DNA of 64,000 nucleotides from Dictyostelium discoideum (Eukaryota): NCBI GenBank assembly GCA_000004695.1, contig CM000154.2, positions 416,001 to 480,000 of the forward strand, read 5' to 3'. Shown piece by piece: positions 40,714 to 51,593 of this stretch (position 1 is its first letter; each line of letters starts with the position of its first letter). The notes under the pieces were generated by a model. It saw only the letters and a program-made list of their open reading frames with translations, ran no database searches and was not told where the DNA came from. The position numbers and the translations under genes were made by a program.

Positions 40714-42522
40714 TTTATTATTTTATTTTATTTTATTATTTTTTTAAATAAATAATTATTTATATATATATTTATTATTTATTATATTTTTACTTTATCA
40801 ATTTATTTTTTTATTTATTTATTAATTTTAATATTTAAATAAATAAATAATTTTTTTAATTTATTTAATGTTTTTTTTTTTTTTTGGAAAATTTTGAAAA
40901 TATTCAAGAGTTATAAATTAAAAAAAATAATAATTAAAAAAATAAAAAAATAAAAATAATAAAAAAAAAAAAAACATCATAAATTAATCATCCATAGCAA
41001 AAGTCAGTTGAACTAATTTTAATTATTATTATAATGAACCAAATCAATAATTAATGTGGTTACATTTTTTTTTTTTTTTTTTTTTTTATTTCTCCTTTTT
41101 TATGTATACTCGATAATGTGATTTGTACAAAACGACAATAATAATGAACAATAATTTCATAAAATAATTAAAAATAAAATAAAAATAATAGAAAACAAAA
41201 GTATCTATCATATCATTTGATATTATATCATATCAAAAACACACAAAAATACTCCCCCATTACCACTACCAATACAAAAAGTCATATTATTATTGTTTAT
41301 TATTTTTTCATAAAAAAAAATGAACCCCCTCTCTCCTTATTATCTATCAATACTAAATCCACCACTCACAACCCCTTTACCACTAATACTGATACTATTC
41401 TTCCATAAATGGAAAAGTTTTTTGTATTTTTTGTGTTTGTGTATTATTTTTTTTTTTTTCTTTATCTCTTTTAAATTTTTTTTTTCTATTCTTTTATTTA
41501 CTTTTTTTTTTTTTTTTCTTTTTATTCTTTTTTTTTTCTATTAATTTATTTATGATTATAATTTTTTTTTTTTCAATTTGATTATTACTTTTTTTATTTT
41601 TTTTTTTTATTTTTTTTTTATTTTTTTTTATTAATTTTTTTGGTTTAAGTTGTGTCAATAAATTAATTTTTTAAATCTTGTATTTTTTTTTATTTTTTTA
41701 TTTTTTTTTTTTTTATTTTTATATTTTTCCACTTTCCCTTTTTTTTAAAAGATTTATCATGAATTATAAACAGATCTTCCAAGGGAATTCTATATCATTT
41801 TTAATATTACAATTAATTATATAATTGTAATTACTATTTGAAGTTTAATTGAAATTGGGTTGATTTTATTATAAAAACAAAATTTAAATTTAAATTTATT
41901 TATTTTTATTTTTTTCAATTTAAATTGTTTTGAATGTCAAATCCATGTCAAAATCTAGGAGGTTCCCCTCATGAATTAAATATATCATTTATTATCTTTT
42001 ATAATGAATTTTTTTTTTTTTTTTTTTAGATTTACGTAAATTGTAAAAAGAATTTATCCACCAAAATCAAGTTTTTATTATTGGATAAAATAGAAATCAT
42101 GAATGAAGTGTGGTGAATAAATATCTAAATAAAATTTTTATAACCATTTGGAATTATTTATAAATCTATTAATTATATATATATATTTTTTTTTTTTTTT
42201 TTTTATCGTTTTCTATTTTATTGTTAATATATTCACAAAAGAAACATTTTTTCAAAAAAAATTTTGAACAACAATCTCGATAAATTCCTTTTAAAATCAT
42301 ATGATATCATTTTTTTATATTTGGGAATTATTATGGATTTTAATCAAAAATAAAAAAAAAAAAAAAAAAGAAATTAAATATTTATTAATTATTTTTAAAT
42401 TATTTATTTAATTATTATTATTATTTTTTTATTTATTCCCTAATTCACTCTTTATTACCACTTTTTTATATTAAAAAAAATAAAATAAAAAATAAAAATT
42501 TAAAAGATTATTTATTAATATA

Positions 42523-43957
42523 TTAAAAATTTTGAATTGGTTGAGTATAAGGTGAATTCCAATCTCTATTAAAGATTGATTGTAATTGATTTGTGAAATC
42601 ATTATTAAATACATTATATGATAAACCACCAGTGACAGTGAAATAATCTTGAGACCAATTTGAAGTACCAACATAAGATTGTTTTTCAGTTACCATAAAT
42701 TTAGCATGATTTACTCTTGTGTAAGGAATTTGTGGATTTGTTGAGAAATCAGGTACAACAAACCATCTAACTTGAATATTATCCACTTGATTCAATGAAT
42801 GTAACCATTGTGGTATAATTGGGGAAGTATAATTCCAATGACTAATTAACATTCTAACTTGAACATTTCTATTGAATGCAGCAGCTCTCAATGCATTATC
42901 AATTAATGGCCAATATGTATTTGGATCATTATAGAGTGTTGTTGGTGTATAATCCATTACAGTAATACAAATTGATTGATCTGCATTATTAATAGCATCC
43001 ATTAATGCATCAATATCACCAGTACGATATGTAGATTGAAATTGTGGTGGTGATACCGCTAAAAACATTTCATACATTTGATTGGTACCACTACCATCAT
43101 TATCATTATTTTTATTTTTATTATTATTATTATTATTATTATTCAATGATAAACTTGCCATATTTGTGTTATTAAATAATGCTTGATAATTACTACCCCA
43201 ATCATTGATTGGTAATGATGTAAAATCAGCTGCATTCCAATATTGTTGAAATGCAATTTCAGTATCAGCAACCATTGTTGGACAATTTTTTAAAACTATA
43301 CCCAATTCTTTAACTTGTGCTAATGAACTCCAATCTGCATTTGCACTACCAACGTATGCACTACTTTCATCGATAATTATTAACTTTGTATGAAGTACAC
43401 CAGATCCAACCAATGATACCCAATCAATTGATCTAACTTGAATACCTAGTTTTGCCAATGTTTGTGTTTCAGTATCTGGAAATGATTCTGATGGTTCGTT
43501 TTGTACAATTCTAACATTAATACCTCTTGAATGTGCTTCAACTATTGCATTAAAAATATCAATACCTAGTTGTCCACCATAAACCGGATCCAAATCTGAA
43601 CCACCTAATAATGTAAAATAAAAAAATCCTAAATCAATTGATTCTTGAGCATTTGTAATTAAATCCATCCATGCTTTTTTTTTTTAAAAATAAAAAAAAA
43701 AAAAAAATTAAAAATAAAAAAAAAAAAAAAAAAAACAGTTAAAAATAAATTTTCATTTAATACTGTGGTAAAAACATATTTAAATACTAACCATCATGAG
43801 TTGAAAGATTTGTACTAATATCAAGTCCAAGTGGAATTGATTCTGCAATTTGAATTGTACCACCTTGACAAGAATTTAAAGTTGATTCAGAAATGATTTT
43901 AGAATTTACATTTACAAAAAATAATACAATAATAATAAATAAACGATTTATGATCAT
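42523..43957 (-). CDS. phospholipase D family protein, PLD3/PLD4-like (two HKD motifs), type II membrane/secreted. Exons 43792..43957 and 42523..43643; the acceptor is ambiguous (see findings)
   Basis: Exon 1 MIINRLFIIIVLFFVNVNSKIISESTLNSCQGGTIQIAESIPLGLDISTNLSTHD matches the PLD3 N-terminus (TM, then C..LVESIPEGL). Body SIDLGFFYFTLL...HTKLIIIDESSAYVGSANADWSSLAQVKELG...and HAKFMVTEKQSYVGTSNWSQDYF are the two HxK(x4)D(x6)GSxN motifs. Confidence 0.75.
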
Positions 43958-43992
43958 TTTTTTTTTTTTTAGTAATAAACCAAAACAAATTG

Positions 43993-44023
<31 letters not shown>

Positions 44024-44749
44024 AAAAAAAAAAAACCAAACTTTTTTCAATCAAAAGAGATATTTTTCAAAAACAAAAAAAAAAAAAGTAAAAAATAAAG
44101 ATCTTTTTTTTATTTGATAGTGTCTTAAAAATCATACTTTCATTAAAAAATTGACTTTTTTAAAAAAAAATAAAAATAAAAATAAAAACAAAAAAAAAAA
44201 AAAATAAAAATAAAAAAAAATTAAAATAAAAATAAAAATAAAAATAAAAATAGTAAAAACTTTTTTTCTATTTTTATTTTAAAAAATTTAAAATATTTTA
44301 AAATATTAGATCTATTAATTTTTTTACTTTCTATTTCATTTATTAATGAATTTTTTTTTTTTTTTTTTTTTTTTATTTATAAAAAAAAAAATAAAATAAA
44401 ATAAAATAAAAAAAAAAAAAAAAATTTATGATGACATTAAATTCAATGAAATGAACATTTATCAACTGAATGTTAATTAAAATTCTAGAATGTCAGTTAA
44501 TAAACATAGATTTTTTATTTTTAATACTATGTTTAGAATTTAAAATATTAATTTAATTTTTTTAGTTTTTAAAATAACCAAAGTTGGAAAATTTTAATTT
44601 TTTTTAATATGATCTGTATTTTATATATGTTTAAATTTTATTTTAAAAAAACTATAAATAGATTAAAAATTCTGGTTTTTCAAATCATTTCAAATCAAAC
44701 TTTTTAATTAAAATCAACAACAACAACAACAACAAAAACAACAAAAAAA

Positions 44750-45133
44750 ATGAATATCAGAAATTCTTTAATCTTAATTATTTCAAGCATTTTTGTTTTA
44801 TCATTCATTAATGGTGGTTTAACATCTGATCCAACTTGTGTTGGTGCTCCTGATGGTCAAGTTTACTTATTCTCCAGTTGGGATTTCCAAGGTGAACGTT
44901 ATGTTTACAATATCTCTCAAGGTTATCTCTCTTTACCTGACGGTTTCCGTAACAATGTTCAATCATTTATTAGTGGTGCTGATGTATGTTTTGTTAAATG
45001 GTACCCAAGTGAACAATATCAAATCACTGCTGGTGAATCTCATAGAAATTATGCGGCTCTTACAAATTTCGGTCAAAGAATGGACGCTATAATTCCTGGA
45101 AATTGTTCAAATATTGTTTGTTCATCAAAATAA
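44750..45133 (+). CDS. small secreted protein (127 aa), possible beta/gamma-crystallin-like Greek-key fold
   Basis: Signal peptide [23 protein letters not shown]; [79 protein letters not shown] has the Y/F-x4-F-x-G...S pattern of Greek-key motifs. Confidence 0.5.
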
Positions 45134-45737
45134 AAAAATAAAAAAGAAAAAAAAAAAAACTTAATTTGTCCGATAATAATAGTTTAAATAATAAATAAGT
45201 AAACAAATTTTACAACTTAATTTTTTTTTTTATTTTTATTTTAAAATTTTAATTACAATTGTTTATATCTTTTAATTATTTTTTTTTATTTTTTTATTAT
45301 TTTTTATTTTTTTTTTTAAAACATGGGACAATTAAAATAATAAAAAAAAAAGTATTATATTTATTTTACACATTTTTTATGGGTTTTTACTTGACATTTT
45401 TCATTAGTAAACTTTAAACCATTATGATGATATATTTACGTTTGATGATTTCATATACTGGTTAATTTTAACTTTTTTTTTTATTGATTTTTTTTCTATT
45501 TTCCTGTTTCAAACATTTAAAAAAATAAAATAAAAAAAAAAAACACCATTTTTGATTTTTCTTTCCCAAAATCAAAATAAAAAAATATCTAAAAAACTAT
45601 AATAAAAATGATGTTAAAAAAAAAAAAAAAAATCTAAATCCTTAATTATTGAAAGTGTTTTTATGTGTATGAATTTCAACTTTATTTGAAAATCTTTTTA
45701 ATTTTATTTAGTCATTATAAAATTTGTAATCTTAGAC

Positions 45738-45773
<36 letters not shown>

Positions 45774-45887
45774 AAAAGGTTTTTTGCAACTTTAAAAAAT
45801 TATAAATAGAAATTGTTTTGTTGTGTTTTTTTATTTTATTTTATTTTATTTTTATTTTTTAAAGAAATAATTTTTTATAAAAAAAGA

Positions 45888-46739
45888 ATGGAAGAAATAA
45901 AAGAAACTGTTGAAAAAAAAAATAAAGAAAAAAAGTATTTAAATGATTATAAAATAATTTCTGAAGGTAATAATATTAAAGTTTTACAAAAAAAAGATTT
46001 CAAACCAAAATTTTCATTGGTATCATATAAAAATTATGAACAAAATTTTGATTTTGAAAATGCTAAAATTGTTTCAACCAATTTTGCCATCGATCGTCAT
46101 ATAAAGATGAAGAATCCACCAGATCCATTTGTATTTATTAAAATGCCATCTTCAAAGCTTGTTCAAAGTCAGTTAAAACTTTACTATGAAAATGAAGGTT
46201 ATAAGGATATTCCAGTATGGATTACACCATGTTCAGCATTTATGAGATACATTAAATCGTATCCAATTGTTGGAACTGTAACAGAGACAATGGAAAAGAA
46301 AAAAGGTTTCACCAATAGATTCTTATCAACTAGTGAAACCAAAGCATCAGTTTCAGTCGGATTCTTTGGTTGTGAATCATCGATGGAAGTTACAAGTGGT
46401 TATGAATATGAAGACACTGTTACATCTGAAGAAACTAGAAGTTGGAGTCAAACTTTAAATGAAGGTTCTTATATTGTTTATCAAAACGTTTTAGTTTATG
46501 CTTATATAATCTATGGTGGTAGTTATAAACCATACATTGATCAAATGAATAAATTTAATCCTGGATTAAATATCAAATTCTTTAGAGAAGATAAATGTAT
46601 CTTTTTTGTACCAATTAATCGTGATGATGCCTTCACTCTTCGTTATCAAGATAATACATGGGATCCAGTTGAATATGATGTTTTAATTGATTACTTGGGT
46701 CAAAATCAAGATAAATGGTTTTCTGGTGGTTTACCATGA
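45888..46739 (+). CDS. hypothetical protein (283 aa); possible aerolysin/ETX-MTX2-like beta-pore-forming fold
   Basis: MEEIKETVEKKNKEKK... the central segment TSETKASVSVGFFGCESSMEVTSGYEYEDTVTSEETRSWSQTLNEGSYIVYQNVLVYAYII alternates polar Ser/Thr with hydrophobic residues, like the amphipathic beta-hairpin of aerolysin-family toxins. The ORF-track start at 45813 is an upstream hydrophobic read-through. Confidence 0.5.
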   Translation: MEEIKETVEKKNKEKKYLNDYKIISEGNNIKVLQKKDFKPKFSLVSYKNYEQNFDFENAKIVSTNFAIDRHIKMKNPPDPFVFIKMPSSKLVQSQLKLYYENEGYKDIPVWITPCSAFMRYIKSYPIVGTVTETMEKKKGFTNRFLSTSETKASVSVGFFGCESSMEVTSGYEYEDTVTSEETRSWSQTLNEGSYIVYQNVLVYAYIIYGGSYKPYIDQMNKFNPGLNIKFFREDKCIFFVPINRDDAFTLRYQDNTWDPVEYDVLIDYLGQNQDKWFSGGLP

Positions 46740-46944
46740 AAATAATAATAATAATAATAATAATAATTATATAAATTACATAAAGGTTTCACTATTGGTG
46801 TTTTAATCCTGGTATAAATAAAATTCTAAAAATAAAAAATAAAAAACTATATAAAAATTAACTTTTTTTTTTTTTTTTTTAATTTAAACACATTTTTTTT
46901 ATTAATTTATTTAAAATTTTAGTTAACTTCAACAAAAAGTTTAC

Positions 46945-46975
<31 letters not shown>

Positions 46976-47108
46976 ACTCCAACAAGACTCTAATGAAGGA
47001 GAAATTGCCAATCAATAAAAGAGAAAAATCAAATACCTAGATAACGTAATCACTATTCAACCTTGATTCTAAAAATGTTTTTAATAATATAATAAAAATA
47101 TAATAAAG

Positions 47109-47145
<37 letters not shown>

Positions 47146-47299
47146 ATATACATAAAAATTTATTTGTTTTTACTATTTAATTAATAAACTTCTACAAAAA
47201 GTATACCTTCTTTACAAATAAATTCAATTTTTTAATTTTTAACCAATTTTGACCACTTTTACTCGATTTTTTGGGCTTTTTGACTAATTCTGGCCAAAC

Positions 47300-48157
47300 T
47301 TATTCAATTTTAGGTGCAAGGAAGAATCCTAAAAAGCCTAAATCGTCTATTTTGTATTCAACAACAACTGGGATACCTTCAGACATTGAAAGAGTAACCA
47401 TTGGTGAGAGTGGAGTAGCTTTGGTAAAGTTTGAAAGGAATTTTAAGGCAAAGTTAAGGACGACTGGTTCTTTTGATTCAATGACGGTAGCTTGTTCGGC
47501 TGGGACATCAGAGTCAGAGGTTGGTTTAATGGTAATGTTACCAGAACCTGAATCACCTGAAACAGAGAATTTAACACCTTCTTTATTGGCACTAATGGTA
47601 ACAATTTCACCAATGATGGAGAGATCTCTACAAATTCTTTGGAGTTCAGCTGATGGCATCTTAATAACTGCAGAGTAATCTGATTTACGGATACTATATT
47701 GTTCATTCTTAATATCGATTAATTTAATTTCAAAATCACTAACTCTATCATTCTCTTTTATTTTTTTTTTATTTTTAAAAAATGTTAATACTTGTTTTTT
47801 TTATTTTTTTTATTTTTTTTAAAAAAGATACATACTTGGTGATTCGAAAACAAAAGTAACGGTATCAGATTCATTATCACGAGCTCTAATGGTGAGGGTA
47901 TCATCATTACCAGCACATTTGAGAATCTTTGAGAGTGAAACTAGACTTAAACCGAGGGATAATGATCTGTCACAGTTGTAAGTTTCAAAACCTTCATTAC
48001 GTAAAACTAAATTGATTAAAGTGACATGAGTACCATCCATAGCTTGTAATGAGATACCTTCTGGACTACAATCAAAGTTGGCTGACTCTACTAAATCTTT
48101 GATACTTTCTAAAATCTTCTTAAGAAGTGATGCTTGTAATAAACGGGCTTCAAACAT
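47300..48157 (-). CDS. pcna: proliferating cell nuclear antigen (PCNA). Exons 47836..48157 and 47300..47754
   Basis: [107 protein letters not shown] | [46 protein letters not shown]...LAPKIE* is collinear with human PCNA (258 vs 261 aa). GTATGT donor, phase 1. Confidence 0.9.
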
Positions 48158-48259
48158 TTTATAAGTTGATGTTGGTTGTTGGGTTGGTGTGGATTAAATG
48201 TTGTTATTTTGAAACTAACTAAAATAAAAAAAAAAAAATAAAAATAAAAAAAGTTTTTG

Positions 48260-48299
<40 letters not shown>

Positions 48300-48997
48300 A
48301 AAAATAATGAAATTTTAAAAATTTGGCCCTGAGGTAATTTTAAAAAAATGGAGGTAAATTAATTGGTTGTTTTTTTTTTTTTCAACTGTTTCAAATAGAT
48401 ATTTTTTGTTTTATTGTTTTTTTTTTCATTTATATATTTTTATTTTTACATTTTTATTTTTTTATTATTTCTATTTATATATTTTTTTATTTTTTTTTTC
48501 TTAGAATTACATCAATTTATTTAATTATTTATTTTAATAGAAATTTATTTTTATTTTTTAATTTTATTTATTTTTTTTTTTTTTTTTTTTTTTTTAATTA
48601 CATCAAAATTTTATGTTTCAAATAAAAATTAAAATTAAAAAAAAAAAAAAAAAATTAAAAGATGCCTTTTCAATATTGTAAAGAAAAAAAAACAATTAAA
48701 AATTAAATTTGGTAATAAAAACTATTTTTTTGGAATTTTTGACCTTTAGAGTAAGTGATTTTTTTTTTTTTTTTTTTTTTAAAAAATTGAATCTTTTATT
48801 TTCTATTAAAATTAACAAAATAAAAAAATAAACAATTTAATTTTGTTAAAATTATTAGAAAAAATTGCTTATAATAAGGTTGTAAGTTTTTTTTTAATAA
48901 TTTTTTTAATTTTTTTTTTTTTTTTTTGGTTTTGATCACAAATTAATTTCATCTAAAAAAAAAAGTATTATAAATAAATAAAAAACAAAAAAAAAGA

Positions 48998-50011
48998 ATG
49001 GATCCAGAATCATTTGGTTTAGATAAAACAGCAATTGAAATTTGTAATAGTTATATGCCAGTATTAGATATCGAACCAAGATTAATTAGAGAAGGTTTTA
49101 AATCATTATATGATATTCAAAAGAAACATATTAGTAAAACCAAACAATATCAATTAAATAAAGAGAATGGTGGTAGTTTAATGGATGTTCATTTCTTTTA
49201 TCCAAATGGTTATGAACAAAATCCAGTCGACCATAAATATAAAGCGATATTTTATATTCACGGTGGTGGTTTTATGGTTGACGGTATTAAAAAATTACCA
49301 AGAGAAATTAGTGATAGAACAAATTCAATTTTAATTTATCCAGATTATGGATTAACACCAGAGTTTAAATATCCATTAGGTTTAAAACAATGCTACCAAT
49401 TATTCACAGATATAATGAATGGCAATTTCAACCCATTCAATGATTTAATCAATGATTCAATTTCAATAGTTGGTGAGAGTTCAGGTGGAAATTTCGCACT
49501 TTCTCTACCATTAATGTTAAAATTAAATAATTCAACATTTTTTAAGAAAATTTCAAAAGTTTTAGTATACTATCCAATTACAGATTGCAATTTTGAAACA
49601 CCATCCTATAATAGATTCTCAGAGAAATTCTATTTAACAAAGGAAGGTATGAAATGGTGTTGGAATCATTATACAAATAATGATTCCGAGAGGGATGAAA
49701 TCACTTGTTGTCCATTGAAAGCCACAATCGATCAATTAAAAGATTTTCCAGAAACTTTGGTTATCACTGCTGAAACCGATGTCTTAAGTTCTGAAGGTGA
49801 ACAATTTGGTTTAAAATTATCAAATGCAAATGTTAAAGTTTCAGTTTTAAGAATTTTAAAAACAATTCATGGTTTCGTTTCACTTGACCAAACAAATGAT
49901 AGTATCGCTTGTAGAGTTGGTATGGATTTATCAATGAACTTTTTAAATAATATCTCAAATAGTTCAATTATTAATGAAAATAATAATAAAACTTTATTAC
50001 AATTAGTTTAA
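48998..50011 (+). CDS. alpha/beta-hydrolase fold-3 esterase/lipase (HSL / arylacetamide deacetylase family), single exon
   Basis: FYIHGGGFMVDG (HGGG oxyanion motif) and SIVGESSGGNFA (GxSxG nucleophile elbow), followed by a downstream Asp/His region. Confidence 0.75.
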   Translation: MDPESFGLDKTAIEICNSYMPVLDIEPRLIREGFKSLYDIQKKHISKTKQYQLNKENGGSLMDVHFFYPNGYEQNPVDHKYKAIFYIHGGGFMVDGIKKLPREISDRTNSILIYPDYGLTPEFKYPLGLKQCYQLFTDIMNGNFNPFNDLINDSISIVGESSGGNFALSLPLMLKLNNSTFFKKISKVLVYYPITDCNFETPSYNRFSEKFYLTKEGMKWCWNHYTNNDSERDEITCCPLKATIDQLKDFPETLVITAETDVLSSEGEQFGLKLSNANVKVSVLRILKTIHGFVSLDQTNDSIACRVGMDLSMNFLNNISNSSIINENNNKTLLQLV

Positions 50012-50150
50012 AAAATAAATAAATAAATAAAAATATATATTATAAAATAAATAAATATTTATATATATATATAATCCAATGATATTACTTGTTTATTTAA
50101 ATAAAAATAATACTATTTTAAATAATAATAATTATTATTATTATTATTAT

Positions 50151-51057
50151 TTAATTTGTAATTGTACCAGTTCTACATTCATTATTAATACATGGATTAC
50201 CACCACAATCTCTGGTATAATAGTCACAAATGTTTGAACTTAAATCACAAGAATAAGTTTCACAGAAATTGTTTCTATTGCATTGAGAATCAGTCCTACA
50301 TGGTACTTTAACTGAACATTCGATTGGTTCATGATAACAACCATATAACATTGAACAAAAATCAGCTGTACAAGGGTCTTTATTTAAAATTAAATTTTAA
50401 TGTTAGAAAAAAAAAATCTAAATATTAAATTTAAAATTCTTAATTAAAAATACTTACTATTATCATCACAATTCATTGGTCTATATTCACATCCTTTTTC
50501 ACCACAAGTATCAAGTGTACATGCATCATAATCTGAACAACGAGTTTCATAATGATAACAATCTCCACGGAAATCACAAAAATCAACTGTACAAGGATCT
50601 GTTTTGGTTTTTTATTTTTATTTTCATTTTTATAATTAATTAATAAATAATTAATAATTTTGAAAAAAATATTAAAATTTTTATAATAAAAATAAATTTA
50701 CATACTATTATCGTTACATTTTTGTTCACATGATTGAGTTGGTTCTGGGGGATTTACTGGTGTGTTCACACAACCATATGGACCACAACTATCAATTGTA
50801 TTATTATTTCCATCATTACAAGTATCAGCAATTTGATAACAACTTCCAGTATTTTCATCACAATGATTGGTATGACAAATATCAACATTACTTTGTGGGC
50901 ATTTACTTGTTTCAAAACAACCAAACATTGGAGAACAACCAAAAACTTTACAATTTGTATTCATACTTGAACAATTTAATTTTTTACAATTATATAGTGG
51001 AGCACCTTTTACAATTGTTAATGTTAAATAAATAATTAAATATAAAATTTTTGTCAT
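50151..51057 (-). CDS. secreted Cys-rich repeat protein. Three exons 50706..51057, 50458..50598, 50151..50377, all phase 1
   Basis: Exon 1 MTKILYLIIYLTLTIVKG...CKKLNCSSMNTNCKVFGCSPMFGCFETSKCPQSNVDICHTNHCDENTGSCYQIADTCNDGNNNTIDSCGPYGCVNT...CEQKCNDN. Exon 2 NPCTVDFCDFRGDCYHYETRCSDYDACTLDTCGEKGCEYRPMNCDDN. Exon 3 NPCTADFCSMLYGCYHEPIECSVKVPCRTDSQCNRNNFCETYSCDLSSNICDYYTRDCGGNPCINNECRTGTITN*. GTATGT/GTAAGT donors and AAACAG/AATAAAG acceptors. Confidence 0.65.
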
Positions 51058-51593
51058 TTTTTTTTTTTTTTTAATATATATTTTTTTTTTTTTATATTTT
51101 ATTATAAAAATATACAAATATTTGATTGTTTGGAAATTATTTAATTAATTTAACAAAACTATTTTTTTTTTTTATAGAAAATTTTTTTTTTTTATTTTTA
51201 CAAAATTAAAAAAATTTAAAAAAAAATGTTTATTTAATTTATTTATTGATTGCTAGTTTTTAAATAAAAAAAAATATACATTTGTTTAAACTAGATGACC
51301 GATTCTATTTTTAGAGAAAATAATGAAAACCAAGGTGTTTTTTTTTTTTTTGTTAAACCACAAAAAAAAAAAAAAAAAAAAAAAACAAAGGCATAATATA
51401 TTGGGATAATAGGTTTAAAAACAAGTGGGTACCATGAATGATAAATTTCAATTTTGATACCATCACCTTTTTAAAAAAAAAATAATAAAGTGCTATAATA
51501 AACCAAGTTTTTAATTTAAAAAAAAAAAAATTTTAAAGTTGATGATTTATATTATATTTATTCTTGAGTTTTTATAAAAATTATATTTCTCTC

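Noticed and set aside
47271-47678. Plus-strand ORF overlapping PCNA exon 2 (and similar antisense or alternative-frame ORFs at 4721..4918, 6643..6897, 29056..29310, 29989..30453, 33251..33563, 57867..58292)
   Set aside because: They lie antisense or out of frame within genes that have strong homology; they are shadow ORFs.
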